DNA from: the human T2T-CHM13v2.0 reference genome, Homo sapiens | Assembly: GCF_009914755.1 (NCBI RefSeq) | Contig: NC_060933.1 | Direction: 5' to 3' (one strand) | Length of the DNA: 64,000 nt | In this document: in pieces, positions 27,060-41,935 of the stretch | How the letters are laid out: every line of letters starts with the position of its first letter | How positions within the stretch are numbered: position 1 is the stretch's first letter | The notes under the pieces: generated by a model | Told to the model about the DNA's origin: nothing | Database searches by the model: none | The model's input: the letters and a program-made list of their open reading frames with translations, nothing else | Made by a program: the position numbers and the translations under genes

Positions 27060-27500
27060 TCACTCAGTACAATGTGGAAACTCACTTGGCCTTTTCTTTT
27101 CCTCTCCCTGTAGCCACACCATGCCTCCTGACATTTCCTGCACCTGGTATATGTTTATGCCGGGCCTTTGTTTGTGGAACATTCCTACCTGGAACATTCT
27201 CCATCCTCTGCTTCCTCTCAGGCCTTGTTCACCTAGAAACTCCAACTCACCTTTCATGGCCTAGTACACTTGTCCCTTCTTCTGTGATGTTCTCCATGAT
27301 TTCTCCCCCATTCTTGCCCACAGCTTCCCTGCAGTTGCCCCCAGCATTTGGATAGGCTCTATCATAGAATTTCTCGAATCATGTGCCCATTGTACTTACA
27401 TTAGATCCTTGAGGGTGGGCACTGTGGCTTATCTGACCCCTGTATTCCCTGTAGTTTGGGCAGTGATTTGCAGAAATAGGCATTTAATAAACACTTGCCA
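27060..27500 (+). mobile_element. L2 3' fragment
   Basis: gggcctttgtttgtggaacattcctacctggaacattct...ataggcatttaataaacacttg. Confidence 0.65.
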
Positions 27501-27608
27501 AAAAAAAAAAAAAGCAGGACTAAGATTTTAGAGCAAAAAGAAAGGTTTGAGAATGTCTCATCTAAGCCCCCTATTTTGTAGGTAAAGCCTGAGGCATAAA
27601 GAAATGAG

Positions 27609-27980
<372 letters not shown>

Positions 27981-28989
27981 CTAGGTTGGGGTTGACTCCT
28001 GCAGAGCTGGCTTCAAGGGGCGAGAAGAGGAGGGGAAGGTCCTGAAAAGTTGTATTTGTCTTCACCCCTTCTTACCACAGAGAAGGAAAAACAAAAACAA
28101 AGGCCAGCAACTTAAAACCTTCTGCCTGGCTCCTGCTCAGGAGTTGGATTTCCATAGTGGATGGATGGTGAAGACAGCGCTGCCCAGGGTGGAGGCTGCA
28201 GAAGTCCAAACCCTGTCTCCTGCCCCCATCCCTTTCCTCACAGTGCCAGGGCAGGGCAGGGGGCCCCCAGAAGCAGGTGCCGAGGCTTCTCATTTTCTCA
28301 TGTTCAGAGAAACTCCATGGACTAGAGCCTTCCCTTAGTTTATCATTTTGTTCAGATAAGGATGTGGACAAGAATCAGAACTGGAGTCAGGGAAGGAGGC
28401 CAGGATGCAGAGACATGGACAGAGGAGTGACGAGTGAGGGAGTCGAAGGCATAAATGGAGATGCTTCTGCCATGGTTGCCATCATTTACTCTGAGGTTAA
28501 CAGGAGAGAGAGAGGTGTCTCCATCTAGAAAGGTCTTAGAGATTTTCAGAGGAGGCATGATCTCTATCTGTCTCTGTGTGCAGGTGTATGTGTGTATGAC
28601 ATAGCTTGGTCCCTTTGACAGATGAAAATGCCTAGACTCAGGGTCCTGCTGCATCCTGGGCTGGGTGTGCTTTTCCAGCTCACGGAAGGGATCACATCAC
28701 ACTTAGGTCTGAGAGTGGGGACCTGCAGGAAGGAGACACAGGGTGTAAGAGCTGGATGGTGAGGCTGGAGGCATAGGAGGGCAAAGATGAGGCATAGGAG
28801 CCCTAGATGAGGGAGATGAAGCAGGGCGCCAGGCGGACTTTGTCCTGATCTCACGGCAGCTGGCCAGGGACCAGCGCAGGTGCGGTTTCTCAAATGCAGT
28901 GTGTAAGGTTGCTGAGCATTGAGCAGCATCCAGACCCCTGTTGATGTAGGAAAACAGGGGATATGGTGAAACTCCAGACCTGGTGACCC

Positions 28990-29121
28990 TCGGTCCAGCT
29001 GGAGCTTTGCCCCAAGCAGCTTCAGGGGCCTGGGAAAGTTTCTTTACCTCTCTGGCCTCTATTTCCTTATCTGTAGGAAGAAAAAGTTGGGCTAGATGAT
29101 TTCTGAAGTCTTTTCCAGTTT
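28990..29121 (+). mobile_element. MIR3-like fragment
   Basis: tttacctctctggcctctatttccttatctgtagg...gggctagatgatttctgaagtcttttccagt. Confidence 0.7.
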
Positions 29122-29785
29122 AATAAGGAGTCTATAACTTTTGCTCAGATTTTAAAGGAATTAGACCAAGTATTACTATTTGGAGGTAATTTTGGGCAGT
29201 GTTTAGCATTGGGCATATGAAGTAACTTTTTTATTCCAGTTTCTGTGCCTGAGTGGATGGATCCTCTTATTTATCTGAAAGAAGGCAATCAAACTCTTGA
29301 GAAAATTTTTGAAGAGCAGATTTTATTTCCCTTGCTATGACCCTTAAATACTGCACTTGTTACATCTGAGTGCTAATTACTAGAGATTAATTAGTCAGCA
29401 TGAAAGTACTTCTCCGGCAGCCCCCCAATTACTGAACTGTACTTGATATGTGCTACCTGCAGGCTCTCCGCAGCAATCCTGAGAAGTGACACTTGTTGGA
29501 GGCCATAGGCAAGCCTTTCACAATTCTCTAGTCCCATTTTTTAGAAGAACAGCTGTCAAAGGTGGATGGCCTGAAAATAATTAAATACAAAATATAGCTC
29601 ATGCCAAAATGGAGGTAGCCTGGCTAACGATCTCAAGGGCCCTGGCCATTTCCAGGTGATTAAAAGTGGTTGATGGGAGATGCTTCTCTTGGGTCTGCTT
29701 CTGGCTCTGTTAGAGCCCTGTGGCCTGAACCTGGGTGATCCAATCCCTGCCATTTCTCTCTGCTTCTGTCTGGGCCCCTCAGAAG

Positions 29786-29893
29786 ATACCTTCAGTAGGG
29801 ATATTGTGAGGTTTAATCAATTATTATTTAAGGGCAGAAACATCCTTGGATGAAAGGCGTGAAGATAAAAGCAAAGTCCAGCTGTATTATTAT
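29786..29893 (+). mobile_element. Probable ancient amniote SINE 3' tail (MIR1_Amn/AmnSINE-like)
   Basis: gggatattgtgaggtttaatcaatta...atccttggatgaaaggcg...aaagcaaag...tattattat resembles the L2-type tail of amniote-wide SINEs. Confidence 0.5.
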
Positions 29894-30664
29894 CACTTTC
29901 CTATGCTCTTCTTTCTTCTATTAGTGTCATGGGAATATGGCTGAACGGTGCTTTGGTGCACTTTGCAAAATAGAAAAAAATAAGTAGGGAAATTATATTT
30001 TTAAAACCAAGTGCCCATTCTTCTTTGTAAATGGTACACAGTAGATTGGCCAGCATTATATCTCATTTATCTCTCCGTATTGGGTTGTCTTCTATGTCTA
30101 ATTTTCTCTTATTAATGAATCTCCCCTTTTGTCCTGTACAAATCTAGGTGGATGACATTTATACAAGGTAATCATTTCCGTGCATTACCAAAAAGATAAT
30201 TTATTGGTGCTTATCCAGCAAAAGTAAGCATATCTGTCACCGAAATCTGACCTAGAATAGACTGCTGTTTTCTTTGCAGAATTATTTGCTGATCAGTTTT
30301 TTCCAGTCTTTAGATTTGTGGTTTAGCAGGGAAAGACCTACATATCTCTGAATTTTGAAAAGAATGGCCACGTTGGCAAGGTGCTAACCTCCACTAATGT
30401 ACATCTTCCCAGTGAAGAAAGCCTATCCCAGACCACGTTTTCAGCCATAAGTATTTTAAAAGGAAACCAACTGTACAGTTAAACATGGAGGGGTCTAATG
30501 AGGCTCCTCTTTACTAGTTCTGAAATGACTTTTCTGGCATTAATGCCTTAAATTTGGACTAACTTTAATATGTAATTCTAAGGCTGTGTAAGCGCTTGAA
30601 TGGGTATGAATAATAGTATGCAAGAAACATATATTTCTTATTTTTTTCTGAAGTTCAACTTGTA

Positions 30665-30978
30665 CAGTCATATACCGCTTAACAATGGGGATATATTCTA
30701 AGAAATGTGTCATTAGGTGTTTTTTTTTCATGTGAACATCAGAATGTACTTACACAAACCTAGATAGTATATTTTTATTTATATACATTTTTTTCATATG
30801 GCAAATCAAATATCCCAGCATCATTACTGAATATCAGTCATTTCTCCTACTTGATCACCAACGTCAATATCAACTGCCTAAGTCAGGTTTCAATATATGC
30901 TCCATTACAATCTTATTTGACCACTGTTGTATACTCGGTCTGCCAGTGACCCAAATGTTATTATGTGACACATGACTG
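30665..30978 (-). mobile_element. Tigger3-family MITE (Tigger3d-like)
   Basis: TIRs cagtcat.../...atgactg, TA on the left flank, ~314 bp, tacttacacaaacctagat internal motif. Confidence 0.82.
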
Positions 30979-31082
30979 TGTTACTCTGGCATGACAAAAA
31001 ATTTGTCTCAGTCAATTCCACTTGTTCCCTGACTTCTCCTTTGTCCAGAATTGTGACTAAGTCTCAGGGGTTGGTGATGCTC

Positions 31083-34000
31083 GCATAAACTTAAAAGGGG
31101 TGGAAAAAGCCATTTCATACAAATGGACACCAAAAGTGAGCAGGAGTAGCTATTTTTATATCAGACAAAACAAACTTTAAAGCAATAGCAGTTAAAAAAA
31201 TACAAAGAGGGACATTATATAATGGTAAAAGGCCTTGCCCAACAGCAAAATATCACAATCGTAAATATATAGGCACCTAACACTGAAGCTTCCAAATTTA
31301 TAAAACAATTACTAATAGACCTAATAAATGAGATAGACAGCAACAGAATAATAGTGGGGGACTTCAGTACTCCACTGACAGCACTAGACAGGTTATCAAG
31401 ACAGAAAGTCAACAAAGAAACAATGGACTTAAACTATACCTTGGAACAAATGAACTTAACAGATATATGCAGAACATTCCATCTAATAAATGCAGAATAC
31501 ACATTCTGTTCAACAGCACATGGAACTTTCTCCAAGGTAGACCATATGATAGGCCACAAAATGAGCCTTAATAAATTTAAGAAAATTGAAATTTTATCAC
31601 TCTCTTAGACCACAGTGGAATAAAACTGGAAATCAACCCCAAAAGGAACCTTCAAAACCGTGCAAATACATGGAAATTAAATAACCTGCTCCTGAATGAT
31701 CATTGGGTCAAAAATGAAATCAAAATGGAAATTTAAAAATTCTTCAAACTGAGCAACAATAGTGACACAGCCTATCAAAACCTCTGGGATACAGCAAAGG
31801 CGGTGCTAATAGGAAAGTTCATAGCCCTAGATGCCTACATCAAAAAGACTGAAAGAGCACAAACTGACAATCTAAGGTCACACTGCAAGGAACTAGAGAA
31901 ACAAGAACAAACAAAACCCAATCCCAGCAGAAGAAAGGAAATAAGCAAGATCAGATTAGACCTAAATGAAATTGAAACAATAAAAATTACAAAATATAAA
32001 CAAAAAGCTGGTTCTTCGAAAAGATAAACAAAATTGATAGACCATTAGCAAGATTAACCAAGGAAAGAAGCTAGAAAATCCAAATAACCTCAATGAGATG
32101 CAAAACGGGAAATATTACAAATGATACCACAGAGATACAAAAGATCATTCAAGGCTACTATGAACACCTTTATGTGCATAAGTAAGAAAGCCTAGAAGAG
32201 ATGGATAAATTCCTGGAAAAATACAACTCTCCTAGCTTAAATCAGGAAGAATTAGATACCCTGAACAGACCAATAACAAGCAGCGAGATTGAAATGGTAA
32301 TTAAAAAATTACTAACAAAAGTCCAGGACCAGATGGATTCACATCAGAATTCTACCAGTCAAAGAATTGGTACCAATCCTATTGACACTATTCCACAAGA
32401 TAAAGAGAGAACCTTCACTAATTCATTCTATGAAGCCAGTATCACCCTGATACCAAAACCAGAAAAGGACCTAACTGAAAAGGAAAACTACAGACCAATA
32501 TCCCTAATGAACATAGATGCTAAAATCCTTAACAAAATACTTGCTAACTGACTCCAACAACATATCAAAAAGATAATCCTCCACGATAAAGTGGGTTTCA
32601 TGCCAGGGATGGTTTAACATATGCAAGTCAATCAATGTGATACACCACATAGACAGAATTAAAAACAAAAATCACATGATCATCTCGGTAGATAAAGAAA
32701 AACCATTCGACAAAATCCAGCATTCCTTTATAATTAAAACGCTCATCAAAATCAGCATACCAGGGACATACTTCAATGTCATAAAAGCCATCTATGACAA
32801 ACCCACAGCCAACGTAATACTGAATGGGGAAAAGTTGAAAGCATGCCCTCTGAGAACTGGAACAAGAGAAGGATGCCCACTCTCACCACTCCTCTTTGGC
32901 ACAGTACTGGAAGTCCTAGCTAGAGCAATCAGACAAGAGAAAGAAATGGCATCCAAATTAGTAAAGAGGAAGTCAAGCTGTCACTGTTTGCTGATGATAT
33001 GATTGCTCACCTCAAAAACCCTAAAGACCCCTTCAGAAAACTCCTGGAACTGATAAAAGAATTCAGCAAAGTTTCTGAACACAAGATTAAAGCACACAAA
33101 TAAGTAGCTCTTCTATACACCAAGAACAACCAAACAGAATCAAATCAAGAACTCAAACCCTTTCACAATAGCTGCCATAAAATAAAAAAATATAACTTAG
33201 GAATATACCTAACCAAGGAGGTGAAAGACTTCTATGAGGAAAACTACAAAACACTGCTTAAAGAAATCATAGGTGACACAAACAAATGGAAACACACCCC
33301 ATGCTCATGGATAGATAGAATCAATACTGTCAAAATGACCATACTGCCAAAAGCAATCTACAAATTCAATGCAATCCTCATCAAAATACCACCACCATTC
33401 TTCACAGAATTAGAAAAAACAATTCTGAAATTTATATGGAACCAAAAAAGAGCACACATAGCCAAAGCAAGACTAAGCAAAAATAACAAATCTAGAGACA
33501 TCATGCTACCTGATTTCAAACTATAAGTCCACAATCACCAAAACAGCGTGGTACATGTATAAAAATAGGCACATGGACCAATAGAACAGAATAGACAACC
33601 CAGAAATCCAAATACGTACAGCCAACTGATCTTTGACAAAACAAAATAAGTGGGGAAAGGACACCCTTTTCAACAAATGGTGCTGGGATAATTGGCTAGC
33701 CACATGTAGGATAATGAAACTGGATCCTCATCTCTCACCTTTTACAAAAATCAACTCAAGATAGATTAATGACTTAAATCTAAGATCTGAAACTATAAAA
33801 ATTCTAGAAAATAACATTGGAAAAACCCTTCTAGACATTGGCCTAGGCAAGGATTTCATGACTAAGAACCCAAAAGCAAATGCAATAAAAGCAAAGATAA
33901 ATAGCCGGGACTTAATTAAACTAAAGAGCTTCTGCACAGCAAAAGGAACAGTCAGCAGAGTAAACAGACAACCCAAAGGGTGGGAGAAAATCTTCACAAG

Positions 34001-34911
34001 CTATACATCTGACAAAGGACTAATACCCAGAATCTACAACAAACTCAAATCCTCAAGAAAAAAAACAATCCCATCAAAAAGTGGGCTAAGGACATGAATA
34101 GACAGTTCTCAAAAGAGGATATAAAAATGGCCGACAAACATATGAAAAAATGCTCAACATCACTAATGATCAGGGAAATGCAAATCAAAACCACAAATGA
34201 TACCATCCTACTCCTGCAAGAATGGTCATAATCAAAAAATAAAAAACAGTAGATGTTGGTGTGTATGTAGTGATCAGGGAACACTTCTACACTGGTGATG
34301 GGAATGTAAACTAGTACAACCACAATGGAAAACAGTGTGGAGATTCCTTAAATAACTAAACGTAGAACTACCATTTGATCCAGTAATCCCACTATTGGGT
34401 ATCTACCCAGAGGAAAATAAGTCATTTTATGAAAAAGATACTTGCACGTGCATGTTTATAGCAGCACAGTTCGCAACTGCAAAATCGTGGAACCAACCCA
34501 AATGCCCATCAATCAACGAGTGGACAAAGAAACTGTGGTATATATATGTATATATGATGGAATACTACTCAGCCATAAAAGGGAATGAATTAATGGCATT
34601 TGCAGTGACCTCGCTGAGATTGGAGACTATTATTCTAAGTGAAGTAACTCAGGAATGGAAAACCATCATCACATGTTCTCACTGATATGTAGAAGCTAAA
34701 CTATGAGGATGCAAAGGCATAAGAATGATACAATGGGCTTTGGGGACTTGTGGGGAGGGTTGGGAGAAGGGAAAGGGTAAAAAACCATAGATAGGCTACA
34801 GTGTATAATGCTCGGGTGATTAGTGCACCAAAATCTCATAAGTCACTAAAGAACTTACTCATGTAACCAAACACCACCTATACCCCAATAACCTATGGAA
34901 AAAAATAAAAA
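31083..34911 (+). mobile_element. L1PB (L1PB1-like), 5'-truncated in the ORF2 endonuclease domain
   Basis: Broken ORF2 peptides ([51 protein letters not shown]); L1PB 3' UTR taaagaacttactcatgtaaccaaacaccacct...aataacctatggaaa. Confidence 0.94.
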
Positions 34912-34925
34912 CAGTAGTTGTTTAA

Positions 34926-36830
<1,905 letters not shown>

Positions 36831-37009
36831 GGCCCAAGGGAGCTCATGTGCTCCTTCCACCAGGTGAAGACACAATGAGAAGGTGCCATCTATGAACCAG
36901 AAAATGGACCCTAACTTGACACTGAATCTCCTGGAGCCTTGATCTTGGACTTTCCAGCCTCTAGGACTGTGAGAAATAAATTTCTGTTGTTTATAAACCA
37001 AAAAAAAAA
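36831..37009 (+). mobile_element. 3'-transduced MLT1A(0)-type LTR fragment with a second poly(A) tail
   Basis: LTR sequence stops 19 nt after AATAAA (36975-36980) and is followed by A10; it lies inside the 16-bp TSD aaaattacaataaact (34999-35014 / 37006-37021). Confidence 0.85.
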
Positions 37010-37054
37010 TTACAATAAACTTACATCTCAATTAGAAGGTTCATTTGCATTTCC

Positions 37055-37230
37055 AAAGTATACATTACCATGAAGCCAGTGAATCTTAAACTTCAGGGCA
37101 CTTCACTTATGTGTGCTCCTTCAAAAGCCCCGTATCTAATTTTGTATCCATAATGTTGTATACTTAAAAAAAAAAAAGACATTTTCTATGTTGTATAAAC
37201 ACCAGGACCCAAAACTTGGGTCAATTTCTG
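37055..37230. mobile_element. Degenerate hAT (Tip100-like) MITE, family uncertain
   Basis: ttaccatgaagccagtgaatcttaaacttcagggcacttcactt...ggacccaaaacttgggtcaatttctg. Confidence 0.5.
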
Positions 37231-37261
37231 GTAATACATGAGAAATCATTTTATAGAACAG

Positions 37262-37960
37262 AGTTTAACAGATGCTTATTAGCCATTCACAATGTTCTAG
37301 GTATTGTGACAAACACAAAGATGGCCACAATATAATCATTGCTGTTAAGGAGCTGACAATATATTAGAGACACCAATGACAGCAGCAGGAAAGTGAAGAA
37401 AGACATTGCTTGGGGGAAATCTATAGGATTTGGAAACATTCGAGTGAATCCAGTGATATGAACCCTAAGAGGAAGAGAATGCTGGGGCCGTATGACATGG
37501 GAACACAGGAGAAGGGGAACGGTGGGGTTGGAGAGTTAATTGAGGAAAGACGATGCATTTAATTTGGACATGCCAAATTATCTACCAATATAGCTATCAA
37601 GCAGATGAAAATGTTATGTCTAAGGTTCTGGGGCCTATTTTGGGGTACAGATAGAGATTTGGGCATCATTAGAGGTTTGAGGCAATGGAAATGGATGAAC
37701 TTATGGAAAGGGATTGCAGAAAGAAGAAGGCAGTTGAATCCAGGCTGGGTGTGGCTACTATTTAATACAAAATGTGGAAGTATATTGAACCTGGATGTTG
37801 AATTTGACCATGATGATGACAGGAGACAGGCTGAGACAAAGACTCTGATCCAGATGCCAAAGTGTGGAGTGGCATGGAGAGGTAGCCAGGAAGCAGGAAG
37901 TAGGTAACAGGTAACTGAGAAAAGAAAGAGTGATTGAATGGGTGAATGCCCTGAGCTTTC
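37262..37960 (-). mobile_element. L2 fragments
   Basis: ttaacagatgcttatt...ctgttaaggagctgacaat; tttaatttggacatgccaaatt...gatagagatttgggcatcattag. Confidence 0.6.
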
Positions 37961-38725
37961 AGAAAGGAGATGTTATTGAGATAAGTCAGGGGTGACGCCA
38001 GACAGAAGAATGCTGAGGCTTAAGAATGAAGGAAAATTGAAGCAAGAAGCTTCTCTGAGAATTAGACTGAAAGGCTTTGTTTACATTGAGGGACTAGCTA
38101 GGTTGCTTAGAGATAGCTGTGATATAAAAAGTAAAAATAATCAGTTAACGGTGGTTGGCATTTCAGTAGACTTGCTAAGCTAAGTATCCTAGTAGCTGAC
38201 ACAGCCTAACTTTAAGGGGAGAGGATGGCAAGCTCAGATTCTGCATTTGTTTAATGGTTTCATAAGTTCCCTAATGCCTAACCCAGTGCTAGAACCATAA
38301 TGGATATTTAGCAAATATCTAATTTTTATGTTTTTAAGATATCTGAATCTTCACTTCTATAGACTAATCAAAATCCTATTTTTAAATTTCAAATGATGCC
38401 CCAAACCCAAATAAAAAATATGACAAACATATTTCATTATCTGTTATAGCTAGACATATGGTTATTAAAATAATATAGGTTTCTTTGGGGTGTAGACTGC
38501 ATTTTATTACCTTTATATTTGCAACATCTCACATGATGCTTAATACATATTAAGCATTTCATGAATATGTGAATGAACTGGTGTAAATTATAATTTGAAT
38601 TTTAAATGAATTTAAATATCTGCTAGTTCTTTAATGAAAATACTTTTCTAGGGTCAATAACATAGATTTTAACAGTAGAAGTAAATCTGTTATGTCAGTA
38701 TTCAACCTTACTTGATGGTTTACTG

Positions 38726-39254
38726 CAGTAGTCCCCAACCTTTTTGGCACCAGGGACCCGTTTTGTGGAAGACAATTTTTCCACAGAGTAGGGAGGTGGG
38801 GGATGTTGGTTTTGGGATGATTCAAGTGCATTGCACTTATTGTGCCCTTTATTTCTATTATTATTACATTATAATATATAATGAAATAATTATACAACTC
38901 ACCATAATATAGAATCAGTGGGAACCCTGAGCTTGTTTTCTTGCAACTAGACAACCTCATCTGGGTGTTCTGGGAGACAGTGACAGATCATCAGGCATTA
39001 GATTCTCATAAGGAGCATGCAACCTAGATCCCTCACGTGCACAGTTCACAACAGGGTTTGTGTTCCTATGAGAATCTAATGCTGTCACTGATCTGACAGG
39101 AGGCAGAGCTCAGGTGGTAATGTGAGCCATGAGGAGCAGCTGTAAATACAAATGAAGCTTCGCTTGCTTGCCTGCCACTCACCTCCTGCTGTGCAGCCTA
39201 GTTTCTAACAGGCCATGGACTGGTGTCCCATGGACTGGGGCTTGGGGACCCCTG
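38726..39254. mobile_element. MER1A (hAT-Charlie), full length
   Basis: TIRs cagtagtccccaacc / ttggggacccctg; ~529 bp; TSD gtttactg/gtttactc. Confidence 0.93.
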
Positions 39255-39409
39255 GTTTACTCTATTATTACCATAAGGATGTCACCCCTCACCTATGTCT
39301 GCTGGAGACACTGATGTATTTCCGTAGTAGAGTTCAGGGTTCTTCATTAATTCATTATTTAAGGTTATTTGTTTCCATTTTATTCATCTGAAATCATGGC
39401 TACAGCAAT

Positions 39410-39580
39410 GAAGTAAACAGACATTTGAGGCTTCATACTCAGATTGCTGTGAGAATCATCCTCTTGGGACCCCTGTTTCCTGTAATCTGTAAAATGAGGA
39501 TAATTAATTTATAGTAGTGTTGGTGTGAAGATTAGATAACATTTAGAAAGGGCTACCATTGTACCAGGAATAATGGACGT
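39410..39580 (+). mobile_element. MIR
   Basis: ctgtttcctgtaatctgtaaaatgaggataat...gtgtgaagattagataa. Confidence 0.7.
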
Positions 39581-39921
39581 GAAATACATGTCTCTTTTCT
39601 TTCTTCTCTCAGAGGCTTAATGAACACCTGGAGAAAAACCCAAAGATCACCGTAATAGAGGCTGACAGATTGTGTAAATGAGACATCAAGAATCTCTCTA
39701 CTATGTAGCATTTCTCAATGTTCCCCTTGCTAGGGTCTTTGCAAGAAATGTCTTCCCAAATTTGGTGCTCTTTTACATGTTAATTCTCTGTTTTATCTTA
39801 TGGTTGAAGTTCGTTTTCTTTGCCCTAAATTTCTCTAACTTAATAGATGTTTTTTGGTATTGTTTCTTCTGTTGATTACCTTGAGTCCTTCCTGGAATGA
39901 GGTAGAGGATAAACAAGGTTG

Positions 39922-40135
39922 TTATTCAGTGCTTATATTGCATTAGATGTTAAGTATTTTGAGTATCAGTCCTCACAGTGATCACTGGATATCGGTAGGA
40001 GGAGGTAACTGTCTTATTTTATAGATGAGAAATTGAGACATAGAAGGAAAGTGACTTGACCAAGGTCACAGGGCTATGGTGTTGCTGGGACTCAAGCTCC
40101 ACCTCCTTACTTCTGTCCTCTGCTCTTGCTGCCAA
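39922..40135 (-). mobile_element. MIR
   Basis: attttatagatgagaaattgagacatagaaggaaagtgacttgaccaaggtcacagggct. Confidence 0.78.
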
Positions 40136-40273
40136 AGCCCACTTGCCTCTGAAGGGCAGGATATTCATTACAATCCCCCCTGAAGAAACTTCTGGAACGT
40201 TTAGCATTTCTTTAGAGAATTTACTTGTAACCTATCCAGTCAAGAATCCATTTATCGTGGAGAATGTGGTTGA

Positions 40274-40601
<328 letters not shown>

Positions 40602-41759
40602 TAGAAAATCTAGAACTTTTGATCTGAAAGAACATTTACTTTCTAGATTTTGCTGGAGAACACAGGGATTATTGTTTTGCTATGTGGTTTTTTTAAAAAA
40701 ATTATTTAAGATTTTAACTGTCTCTACCAGTTTTTCATTTTCTCTGTACAAAGTATGTATGTCTTAGGGCATGCTTCTCCTAAAAGAAAACTTTAATTTT
40801 TTCATCATGGCCACAGTTTATGCCCGTATCCCTTCTGAAGTGCTACATTTCAGTGTCAAAGATTAACCTGAATTACATGGTGAATACAAGGTCACTGCTT
40901 AATTTTTGAAAGAGTCAGATGATAGCAATGATATATTTACATGAAAAATGAAATAGCTATCTATCATTTATCTAATCTAACCCATCTGTCATCTACCTGT
41001 CAATATCTTTGATGTTATGTGTGAATGGCGAATTGGAAAAGGCCAGTCCTTTACTGTAGGTTCTTCCTATATTGATATATTTTTGGGTTATAAATAATAT
41101 TTGCAGAATCATATTCAATTGGGATAAGTTTAAGGTAACTTAGTCAATTTATCTTGATTTGATATTGCTTACAATTTAGAGATAAATGCAGATTTCACTT
41201 TAACAAGGCATAGTCCCTACATTTTAAAACAAATTTATTTTGGTGCTTTTCAGGTGGACTTTGTGTTAGCAGTAAGGAAAGTGAATGAAGACTGGACTAT
41301 TTACCAGTGATAACTGAAGCATGTCCTGTGTACTACAGTGCAGATAAAATGTTATAGGAATTTTTTTGTTTTTGCTTTACTGTATTCAGAGAACCATCAC
41401 CTCTTCCCAAAAGAAGAGGTACTTAAGGAGATTGATAGATCTCCACCTAAAATGTTTTCATTAGCAAACACACACTTCACTGTTTCAGTAAATGCGAATA
41501 CAAATTTAGAGACAAAGCAAGAGTTTGAGAACTTAATTTAAGCGTGTCATTGATGGCTAATGGAAGAACCTGTGCGCTGAGTTAAACCTGTGCTGATTCC
41601 TGCAGATAAGACTGTGCTGGTCATCGACGTTGGGTGTCTTTTCCAACTGGCTGCTGCATCTGCCCGATTCACCACTATCCACACCACTCTGGCTGATAAA
41701 TATTGTGAGTGTCAACCCTGGTTACACTTAGTGAGGCTAAAATCCTTGCGTGGCCACCT

Positions 41760-41935
41760 AGTAGCTGTTTGACTGTGTGTTTATTAAGTAACCTCCCTGA
41801 GCTTTAGTTTACCTCTCAGTAAAATAGGAAAATAATAGTAAAATAATGGTGCTGTTGGGAAGATGGAATTAGAGATTGTGTATAGAATATTTATCATCTT
41901 CCCTGGCCAATAGTAGGTGCTTGTTAAATGTCAGT
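41760..41935 (+). mobile_element. MIR
   Basis: taacctccctgagctttagtttacctctcagtaaaataggaaaataatagta...tagtaggtgcttgttaaatgt. Confidence 0.72.

Noticed and set aside
30790-30860. L1-like segment inside the Tigger3 MITE as a new capture event
   Set aside because: As I recall, this segment belongs to the Tigger3d consensus rather than being locus-specific; needs Dfam confirmation.
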